A stretch of DNA of 64,000 bases from Octopus sinensis (taxonomy: Eukaryota): contig NC_043000.1 in NCBI RefSeq assembly GCF_006345805.1, positions 163,804,001-163,868,000 of the forward strand, in the 5' to 3' direction. The translations under genes were made by a program, and so were the position numbers. The notes beneath the pieces are model-generated. The model was not told the DNA's origin, searched no databases, and saw only the letters and a program-made list of their open reading frames with translations. Shown piece by piece: positions 41,190-52,059 of the stretch; the stretch's first letter is position 1; every line of letters starts with the position of its first letter.

Positions 41190-41289
41190 TGTTGTTGTTG
41201 TTGTTGTTGTTGTTGTCGTTGCTGGGGGTGGGGGCTGCTGCTCTCGTTGCTGTGTGCATTTGTTTGAAAAAGCCGGGGTTCGAAAACAC

Positions 41290-42040
41290 TACAGGAGCGG
41301 CCATAATATAGGGGCCAGTATGAACAAGTGTATTAAAATGTTTATTATAGAAGATTAACAAAACGTTGAGACTAGATATTTTACACATATTTAGATATAT
41401 CTAATATCTATCTTTCGTAAAAGTTTCAAGTGAATGAGATAAATATTTCGTAAGTTATGAGGAAATAAACAAATAACCTTCCAAACTGCAACGGCCAAAA
41501 GTTAAGGGTCACTTAGAAAAACAATGAAAAATGGAACAAGAACAAAAAAGAAACCCTTACTACTAATATTTTGTGAACATCCCTTTACTGTCAATGGCCT
41601 CCTCACATCTGTTACGACAGGACTGAATTAATTTCTTGCAAAATGATGGAGTAATAACTGTTCCATTCGCTTTTCAATAATCCACAGATTTCGTCTTGGT
41701 TCTTTGGATTTCTCCTTCGCGCCTCATCTCCAATATTCTTCCAAACGTTTTCTATAAGGTTGAGATCGGGACTTTGAGGTGGCCAGTCCATGAGATGAAC
41801 CCCTTCATCACTCAAAAAATCTTTGACTTCCTTCGCAGTGTGACAGGCAGCGTTGTTCTGCACGAAGATAGGAGGTTGACCTGACGAGGATCGGAGAATC
41901 TCTTGTAGGTGAATAAGAGGACCAGGACCAACATCAGAGATCGCCCTCCATACCATTACACTGCCTTCTCCATATTTCGCTGTCTTCTTCACACATGCAC
42001 GGAATAACCTTTCACCACTTCTTCGTCGGACGTACATCTC
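41290..42040 (-). mobile_element. Tc1 (DD34E-type) transposase relic
   Basis: KYGEGSVMVW, IFVQNNAACHTAK (catalytic D changed to N), WPPQSPDLNLIENVW. The left boundary is uncertain. Confidence 0.9.
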
Positions 42041-42097
42041 GCCATTTTAAGTAATGTAGAGAGTGCACAGTATTAAAAACAATTCTATCATCTAACA

Positions 42098-42444
42098 CAG
42101 TAGTTCTTAACGGGGTTCCATGTGGCCCTTGAGGGTCCGTGTAAGATTTTTGTGATTCCACGCAACAAAATAGTTAATTGGGAATCCACAATAGTATTTT
42201 AAGGGTACCTGAAAAAATTTTGCTTTAGTTGTATGTATTGGTATGTAATGCAAGTAACAGCCAAGTTTTTTTAATATTTTACATAGTTCAACTTACACAA
42301 GTTAATGTGTGTAAAGCAAAATAGACATTTTGAAAGAAGTTTCTATAAAACTAGTTTTTAAACATGGAATGGCTAAAGGGGGCCACGAGAATAAAACAGT
42401 AATCAAAGGGGTCCATTGATAAAAAAAATAGGTGAGAAACCCTG
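42098..42444. mobile_element. hAT (Charlie-like) MITE
   Basis: TIRs cagtagttcttaac / ggtgagaaaccctg, with 8-bp TSD atctaaca (42090) / atctaata (42445). Confidence 0.8.
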
Positions 42445-42930
42445 ATCTAATATATACAATTTCATTTTGGCCTTGTGCCAAACTTTGAAAGCAATATATC
42501 CCATTCGAAAAGCAAGCAAAAGACATACAGCAGAAACGATTATTGAAGCTAATTATTTATAAGTGTATCATTATACCTAACGCCCAGTATGCTGCCTGCA
42601 CGCTTTCACATGTCCTTTTAATAGTTATATTTTTCTCAAGCAAGTGCTAGAAAACTTATCGAGTACATCGGATGCGAAGGAGAATACTGATTTCAAACAA
42701 AGAAACAAAACTTCTGTCACTGTAATTTGGAAAACAACAACAATAGCTGTTACATGTCGAATTCTACAAAAGTCTTGAATATTTTTACTATTCCACTTAC
42801 ATGGTATAGCTTTAATGTTCATATTAACCGGATTTCACCTTGCTTTTGTTTATCTTTCCTATTTCACTTTAACTTTTGTAGATTTAAGAAACACAGAAAA
42901 ACCGTTAGATTCACTTCAACATTTAAATTT

Positions 42931-42986
42931 AATTTGCCAAAATATTTTCGTCGCTTTGAGACTGCGACCGGTTCACTGACAAAATT
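42931..42986 (-). ncRNA. Hammerhead-like fold with non-canonical core (GUGAACC)
   Basis: tttgtca GTGAACC g gtcgc agtctcaaa gcgac GAAA atat TT tggcaaa: 7-bp stem I, 5-bp stem II and a palindromic tetraloop on stem III. Confidence 0.55.
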
Positions 42987-43113
42987 CCGTGCTGCATTTT
43001 GTAGATTGTTTTTTGCAAGAAATATCAACCAAATTATCCGAGCGTTTTAAATCGATAGAGCACACTTTAAGTAATATAGTTCTACAAAATGACTTCATAA
43101 TATGTGCACTTGC

Positions 43114-43175
<62 letters not shown>

Positions 43176-43379
43176 GTGTGTGTGTGGTGTGTGTGTGTGT
43201 GCGTGTGTGCGTGTGTGTATCGACTTTGCCTTTCATTCTTTCGAGGTCGATAAATTAAGTGCCAGTTTAGTACTGGGGTCGATGTGATCGACTATCCCCC
43301 ACCCCACAAAATTCAGGTTTTGTCCCTATAGTAGAAAGGATTATTAATATTATTATTACTATTATATGAAAACCCACAT

Positions 43380-43720
43380 TATTATCATTATCATTTTCTC
43401 TTTATCACAGGTTTTGTTGGAGCTCCTCGAGTCTTGCAAGCGTAGCAGGATTGCTACCTGCAGCCTACTGTACCATACTATTCGTTCTTTTCAGCTATCT
43501 AATAATTTCCTGATTATTCTGGCCGTGGCAAGAGGCAAACCTCTTGTAACAGTTCTACTTAGCACTCTATTTCAGTTCCCTTTATATTCTGCTGGGTTAG
43601 ATACTGCCTTTGCATTGCTAAGGTGTGCTTGCTTAACGTTCCAAAAACTGAAATCAAAGTTTTCGGTGGGTGAAAATCGTAGGTTAACGAAGTGAAATAT
43701 TTCACATATTTAGCAAATAT
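43380..43720 (-). mobile_element. 3' end of an R4/Dong-like retrotransposon
   Basis: LQEVCLLATARIIRKLLD* resembles LQKxxLLGTARILRKVL. It ends in AAT-like repeats. Confidence 0.6.
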
Positions 43721-44559
43721 GGAGTCTGTAGCAGGACCTATACAAGAGGACATTGAGGCAAAACTACCAAAAGAGAAGCAAGTCTCAAACATATATTTCT
43801 GTCATAAGTAAAGGGAACTGGATAAAATATCGATTAAAACGCTTCATTAAATCAGACATCAATAAATGTCTTCTTAATTGTTTGATCTGTACTGGCGACC
43901 AACTAATTGTACGGCTGAACGAAGCCTCGGTTCGAAGGAGTAGTACAACCGACTTTAGATATGGCAACACACATACACACATAAGCTCATATAGATAAGT
44001 GTATGCATGCAGGAATGTGTGTGTGTGTGTGTGTGTGGTGTGTGTGTGTGTGTGTGTGTGTGTATCCAGTAAGAAAATCAGTTTCGCATCCGATGTACTC
44101 GATAAGTTTTCTAGCACTTGCTCGAGTTATTGACAAACTCTAGAGAGGGGCCTTCAGGCACGACACATGAAAATCTACAGGATGTTTTCTCAGAAAAGTA
44201 GCAACATCACTGAAAGAGAAAATAGACCGCTAATTTGTTGTGATATCTAGGCTTCCAGCTGGGTTTGAACTAGCTACTTTCCTCTCTCAGCCTACTGCAT
44301 GCTGCCTCATATCTGTTTGTTGAATTAGAACCAAGACTAATGAGTTTCGAACGGATATTTTTCTCTCCAATTATTATTCATTCAACTAAGTATAACCAGG
44401 TCATAGCACACGCGCGCGCACACATACACACACATACACACACACACACACAAACACACCAACACACACACATGTGCACTCACGCACACACACATATACA
44501 CGAATACAACGCACTAGCATATGCGTATATATTACATAACAGACGTTCACCTATATAAC

Positions 44560-45223
<664 letters not shown>

Positions 45224-45655
45224 ATATAGTTTGTTACGGTATCAGTCAAGCAACCACTTAGTAAAACTTAGTTTGGGTTGGATTGAAATTAATGGGGTGC
45301 TCATAGTTCGGCGCAGTGGATGGGGTGGGGAGAGCAAGATGAAGGCGCATGAATGACTCTACTGTATATATTGGTAGTGGAATAGCATGAAGACAGGAAA
45401 TAGATTATCAGAAGCTTAACTACTTCGCACACACAGCTTATTAGAGTGTTAACCAAATTGAAATAGATACACAACACACGCACACAAACACGCATAGGCA
45501 CACACACACACACATATACACACACATACACATAAACGATCATGTTTGTGCAAGAAACACACAGACGGACCATGACTGAAAGGTTCCCTACAATAGTTCT
45601 GATAAACTATTTCTATCATGAACTCGTTAAAAGCGTCGAATTGACACTGTTGCCT

Positions 45656-45784
45656 GAGTGTTGCTAAGAATGCTGGAGTGTTGCTAAGAATGCTGGAGTG
45701 TTGCTAAGAATGCTGGAGTGTTGCTAAGAATGCTGGAGTGTTGCTAAGAATGCTGGAGTGTTGCTAAGAATGCTGGAGTGTTGC
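45656..45784. repeat. Perfect 20-bp minisatellite x6.4
   Basis: Unit gagtgttgctaagaatgctg. Confidence 0.95.
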
Positions 45785-45931
45785 GCTATCATATTTCGGC
45801 ATCTTTATGCTCTGATTTCAAATCTCACCAAGGTGAGCTTCTCTTTTCTACTTTTTTTCTGTAGGGGCTGATCGAGAAACCTGTTCTAACCCTGGCCGGT
45901 GGATTAACAGAAGTGAGAGAGTGTTTGCTGT

Positions 45932-46251
45932 AATTTATTATTTATTTATGCGCCCCTTTCAAGCCTATCCAGGCTCATGGACCCGGTTTCCCGGTTTCTG
46001 GGGCGTATGTGTTGCCCCCAGCTGGACGGGACGCCAGTCCATCGCGGCGTTACTCAAGAAACAGGAAGAGAGAGTGGAGAGAAAGTTGGGGCGAAAGAGT
46101 ACAACAGGGGTCGCTACCACCCCCTGCCGGAGCCTCGTGGAGCCTTAGATGTTTTCGCTCAATAAACACACACAACGCCCGGTCTGGGAATCGAAACCGC
46201 GATCCTCCGACCGCGAGTCCGCTGCCCAAACCACTGGGCCATTGCGCCTCC
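45932..46251 (-). mobile_element. Family-C SINE with (ATAA)n tail
   Basis: Homologous to 10902-11203. TSD gtttgctgt at 45923 and 46252. Confidence 0.85.
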
Positions 46252-46984
46252 GTTTGCTGTGATAAATTACGGAATTTGGTCTGGCACTTTGCGTTACGAC
46301 AGCATGGCCCTGTGATGACACTACTACTGTGCTATAAAACCGTTGACGTGAAGACAAAAGATGTCTATGTATTTGTAATTGCTGAGTCATTTAAAAAACA
46401 AATGTTGCCCAAGCCTTTACAAGCATCTGCAGGTGAATGGCCAATGTAGACTGATAAAGACATGGTATCAACAACACATCATGTGAGCTTATTTGTAGGT
46501 GAGTGATGTTTTTTGTGAATGTGCGTGTAACACTGTGTGTGTGACTTTACGAATGTCTGCAACATATGGCCTCTCTCTACACCTTTAAACGCGTCGGCCA
46601 CTTGAGAAAGGCATCGTTCTTCTGTTGAGCTTCCTGTTAGTCATAATTCCTTTTATTTAAATAACTTCTTTCCTTGAAATGCTGCTTTTCTGGAAAACAC
46701 TGGTATCGTCTTGTTCTGCTCTGGTCTACGACATTCAATCTTTTAAGCACTCTCTCTCTCTCTTTCTCTCTTTCCCTTTCTCTCTCTCTCTCTCTCTCAC
46801 TCACTCTCTCTCTCTCTCTCTCTCTCTCAACCGACGTCATTTGAATTTGCGGATTCCTTCTTTTCCTTCATCGTAATCCCTTACGCTAACCTGGTCGATT
46901 CAAGCCTTGTTTGGGATACAATCGCATTCTAAAAAAATGTCTGTATCGTATACATACATACGAACACACACACACACAGACACA

Positions 46985-47015
<31 letters not shown>

Positions 47016-47289
47016 CCACACACCACACAATTATATAATATATAGTATATATTATATGAATGTATCGGGAATGCTGCAATAAGGAATTTTGTCTATGACT
47101 TTATTGGACAAGAGATGAGACAATTTTATGGAAGCAATGGTGGAGAATGTGTGGATGGCTGTGAGATATGTTTGTTTAAAAAGTAACCATTACTAGTATC
47201 ATTTTTTTGTCGATCTGGAAGGAATCTAAGGATGTCAACCCGGTAGGGTTTCAATTCTTACACATATAATACAATTTATTATTTTTAAC

Positions 47290-47490
47290 TCAGGTATAAC
47301 ACCAGATATTTTAAGGGAGGATGTGAGTCAGTGATATCGAATCTAGTATTTAACTGGTCCTTCTTTTTCTCGACCATGAGAGGATAGAAGGTAAAGAGGA
47401 ATTTGAACTCAAGTTGAATTTGAATTCGGAATTTGAACTCACTGCAAGTCATACCTTCAACTTCTAACGATTCTACCAGTCGACCGCCAC
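47290..47490 (-). mobile_element. Old family-A SINE
   Basis: gaatttgaactca..ctaacgattctaccagtcgaccgcc. Confidence 0.55.
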
Positions 47491-47892
47491 AGTAGAAATA
47501 GTGATGATGATGGTCATCATCATCATCATTATCATCATTATCATCACGGTAATTTTTCCTCACATTCATTAAAGAGGCACTTTAATAAATATTTACCAGT
47601 TGTATTTATGTCATATATCCGATGCACGTCAACCTACTTAATGAAATACTCTGAAACAAGCGTATTAATCAGTCTCAGAAAATGACAGATTTTGTAAAGA
47701 TTTCTTTTTTTAAACTGTGATCTCCAGTTTACACTCATCAAACTTGACATGATTTTACAAGAGAAAAAGTTAACCATTGTGTTTAAAATACATGGCATAC
47801 AAGAGGTCAAATCTGGCTTCCATACTTCTAGCGGCGGAGGTGGTGATGATCAATAATTTATGTACCAGTCATGAACTGCGGTGAACATAATA

Positions 47893-47934
<42 letters not shown>

Positions 47935-48109
47935 GCTTTTTTCTTATAGTTCTCAATTGAACTACGACTATAACTCATTGGATTAAAGGTACAGAAAGCA
48001 GAAATAATTCAAGCAAAGAAAACAGAAACGGAAGCCAAAAGTTCATACATAGTACACAGAATAAAACACGAAAAGATAGAAAAGATAGAACAGTAAAAGG
48101 GCCATAAAA

Positions 48110-48250
48110 AGGAAAGGGTGCAACTTTCGGGAAGCATAGCGTTTTTGAAGGCTACGATCTTCTCTGACAGTTGGCAGCTGAAGCAGGTAATTTATTCCAT
48201 GCTTCGACAATTGTAAACGGGAAAATAATGTTTCCAGAAGATATGGGTTC
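48110..48250 (-). mobile_element. CR1/L2-like LINE 3' end fragment
   Basis: FPFTIVEAWNKLPAS resembles FxxRVVxxWNxLP. Confidence 0.5.
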
Positions 48251-48699
48251 TTCGCTCGTTTTTGTTTTATTCAGAAGCATGCTCACAGGTATTGAAATCA
48301 TAAAGATGACCAAAGCCTTTGTTGATCTATTGCTCCTCCTTCCCCTCATCCTCCTCCTCCTACTCCTCCTATATATCTGTCCTATATATTAACTAGAATA
48401 CATTGTTATTAATAAAAGGGTGTAAGTCGACAAGCTGACAGAATCGTTGATACTTCGGAGAAAAGGTTTAGAGGCATCTCTTCAAAATGAAAAAATCGCT
48501 TCTAAAACATAACCTTGCCAATTAAACTAGCCTCACGTATGTTGCAAAATGACCGATTGGCTGGCGGTTGCATGTCAATACTTCGGTCAGGGTGGTAAAA
48601 TTCTGCAGAGCATAACTTACTTAAATGTTATTTATAAACTGTAGACTGTCTAATCGAAAATGGTTCGCCAAGATCACTGCAAAATAAACATTGCGATGA

Positions 48700-48900
48700 C
48701 TGATGAGGAGGCTGGAGTAAAGAAGTGTGTATGGGAACTGGACGAACAGATCCTCATCAACTCTGATGTCTTCAAGGAAGTAAAGTAGAACCACCGAAGT
48801 CTACTGAAAGTGCGGTTAGACTATAAGAGGGTGTTTGACGCTCTTCCTCAGTCATGAATGCTTGAGTCTCTGCTCCTCGCCAATGTTTCATTATACTAGA
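48700..48900 (+). pseudogene. R4/Dong-like RT fragment
   Basis: EQILIN and LDYKRVFDALPQS*MLESL resemble WIDYKKAFDSVPHSWI. Confidence 0.55.
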
Positions 48901-49686
48901 CACAATTTAATGATTGACCACACAACTTTCACTAAGAACTGCAACAACTCCTATACTTTTACGCTACGTAAACGTTCATACTAACCATTACGTATAACTT
49001 CAACGCAAACCATTATATTGAAAGAGTGGGACAGACAAAACCCCATACGTTCTCCAAGTGTCGCATGGTAGACAGCGTCGATATTAAGTAAAGGGGGAAA
49101 TGAGTACATCACGTGTTTCCTCATCAATGACTGAAATAACATCTTGTGACTAAGAGTACCTAAACAGGAACACTAAATGTGTAGATGTTTCGTGTGAGGC
49201 AGCGGTAGCTCGCGTGATTTAAACTAATAAAAACTTGGTGGAGAAATGCTCATCAAATCAGTAGAAAATGATTGTTTGTTGCATATCCCACATTCTAAAA
49301 GATAACAACATCAATGAGAGGAAGTGTCATGTTATTGCCCTACCGCGTGTAATTTGAGGGAAAGCTGGCTTCTGTTTCTTGTTAGTCAAGTAATCACTTC
49401 GAATTTCCTTTGTTGGCTTGACAACAATAACGTTTTGAAGATAGACACAAAACCATAAACTTGGTAGTGTAATGAATTTAGTGGATTTAATCACCAAGTA
49501 TTTTATTTTACCGACCTCGGAAGAATGAACAACAATGTCGAAATCGGTTTTGAAATCAGAACGTAAAGTAATGCAATTAAACACATGTATTCTGCCAATC
49601 CAAAGCTTTCACATTTGGAAGTTTTACAGCTCGACGCCTTACTTACTTATAAACAAAAGCAACGAAAGTTGCTTTTGTTTATAAGT

Positions 49687-50101
49687 AAGGCGGCGAGCAG
49701 GCAGAAACGTTAGCACGCCGGGCGCAATGCTTAGCCGTATTTCGTCTGCCGTTACGTTCTGAGTTCAAATTCCGCCGAGGTCGACTTTGCCTTTCATGCT
49801 TTCGGGGTCGATAAATTAAGTACCAGTTACGTACTGGGGTCGATGTAATCGACTTAATCCGTTTGTCTGTACTTGTTTGTCCCCTCTGTGTTAGCCCCTT
49901 GTGGGTAATAAAGAAACAGGTATTTCGTCTGCCGTTACGTTCTGAGTTCAAATTCCGCCGAGGTCGACTTTGCTATTCATCCTTTCGGGATCGATAAATT
50001 AAGTACCAGTTACGCACTGGGGTCGATGTAATCGATTTAATCCCTTTGTCTGTCCTTGTTTGTCCCCTCTACGTTTAGCTCCTTGTGGTCAATAAAGAAA
50101 T
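49687..50101 (+). mobile_element. Young family-A SINE with tandem duplication of its 3' portion
   Basis: Full copy at 49687-49917 plus a second unit starting at gtatttcgtctgccgttacg (49920). aaaagcaac occurs at 49655 and 50102. Confidence 0.9.
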
Positions 50102-50595
50102 AAAAGCAACTCGGCGATTTCATGAAGAGAAAGTGGGACAGAACATATTGTAAGTGAAACTAATTTCTGAATTGGTTGTGTTAAATAGAACTCAAAAAAC
50201 AGAAATAAAAAAAAAGAAAACTGGAATGTCGGCTGTCTGCAGTGTTGTGTTCAAACAGAACTATGGAATAAGCCTCAGGCAATAGGAAATACATTAATAC
50301 TGAACTTCAGAGCTGAGACCTCAATCGCCCCGACGGTTACTGACATCAGCTCAGGAATATGACTTGCATACCTCTTTATGTTGAAGCTATCTTACTCAGA
50401 TATCCACCATCATGTTGATATATCACGCTACAACGACACTGATATTTGTCGGGAAACCTGATATTATTTTTCATCTCTCAATATATTGAAAATGTGATGC
50501 TCATGTTGTGTTTGGAAAGCATTTCGAAAGCGGGTAAGCAGATTGGATACGAGGATAAGGTCAAATGCAAAATTCAATAATGGAAATATTGTGCT

Positions 50596-50807
50596 ACAGT
50601 TCTATATTTAAGAGATGAGGAGTTAAGTGCATTATTTACATTATTTACATTCAACGGATATTTGTCCTCATCTTGCTTGTTGTTAACACAACGTTTCGGC
50701 TGATATACCCTCCAGCCTTCTTCAGGTGTCTTGGGAAAAATTCGAACCTGGGTTCTCATTCCTAATGTATATTTTTCGATGTTGTTGTTGTTGTTATTAT
50801 CATTATC

Positions 50808-50860
<53 letters not shown>

Positions 50861-51000
50861 TATTATTATTATCATTATTATTATTACCATTATTATTATC
50901 ATTATTATTATTACCATTATTATTATCATTATTATTATTACCATTATTATTATCATTATTATTATTACCATTATTATTATCATTATTATTATTACCATTA

Positions 51001-51047
<47 letters not shown>

Positions 51048-51139
51048 TATTATTTATTATATTATTATTATTATTATTATTATTACCATTATTATTATTA
51101 TCATTTTATTTTATTATTATTATTATTATATCATTATTA

Positions 51140-51214
<75 letters not shown>

Positions 51215-51284
51215 TATTATTACCATTATTATTATATTATTATTATTATTATTATTATTATTATCATTATTATTATTATTATTA

Positions 51285-51316
<32 letters not shown>

Positions 51317-51408
51317 TATTATTATTATTATTATTATATTATTATTATTATTATTACCATTATTATTATTATTATTATTATTATTTATTATTATCATTAT
51401 TATTATTA

Positions 51409-51445
<37 letters not shown>

Positions 51446-51451
51446 TATTAC

Positions 51452-51502
<51 letters not shown>

Positions 51503-51636
51503 TATTATTATTATCATTATATTATTACCATTATTATTATCATTATTATTATTACCATTATTATTATCATTATTATTATTACCATTATTATTATCATTAT
51601 TATTATTACCATTATTATTATCATTATTATTATTAC

Positions 51637-51711
<75 letters not shown>

Positions 51712-51815
51712 TATTATTATTATCATTATTATTATACCATTATTATTATCATTATTATTACCATTATTATTATCATTATTATTATTACCATTATTATTAT
51801 CATTATTATTATTAC

Positions 51816-51889
<74 letters not shown>

Positions 51890-52050
51890 GTATTATTGTT
51901 GTTGTTCAGGTTATTGCTTAGAATCTAACTCGGAATCTTGGGGTTAGTAGCCCACGCTCTTAACCACTACGCCGTATGACCCTGGGCATATGGCGAGCGC
52001 AGGCTACTATCGCCAAGATTCCGAGTTAGATTCCAGGCAGTGACCTGAAT
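50596..52050 (-). mobile_element. Penelope pseudo-LTR derivative with ~1.1-kb (AAT)n expansion and a short inverted head
   Basis: Hammerhead at 50685-50730, ATT/ACCATT/ATCATT tract at 50780-51900, tRNA-like head at 51905-51980, plus-strand partial head at 51985-52050. Confidence 0.85.
50685..50730 (-). ncRNA. Minimal hammerhead ribozyme motif
   Basis: gacac CTGAAGA a ggctg gagggtatat cagcc GAAA cg TT gtgtt. Confidence 0.75.
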
Positions 52051-52059
52051 AATATATAT

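Larger units (their letters stand above)
42635..44126. repeat. Perfect 40-bp inverted repeat pair 1.4 kb apart
   Basis: 42639-42678 agcaagtgctagaaaacttatcgagtacatcggatgcgaa is the exact reverse complement of 44083-44122. Confidence 0.9.

Noticed and set aside
45656-45784. CRISPR-like or telomeric repeat
   Set aside because: It has no spacers and is not a TTAGGG-type unit.
50300-50590. Upstream continuation (YADD region) of the RTE fragment at 52060
   Set aside because: The motifs are too degenerate to assign, so nesting of the Penelope derivative inside the RTE is unproven.
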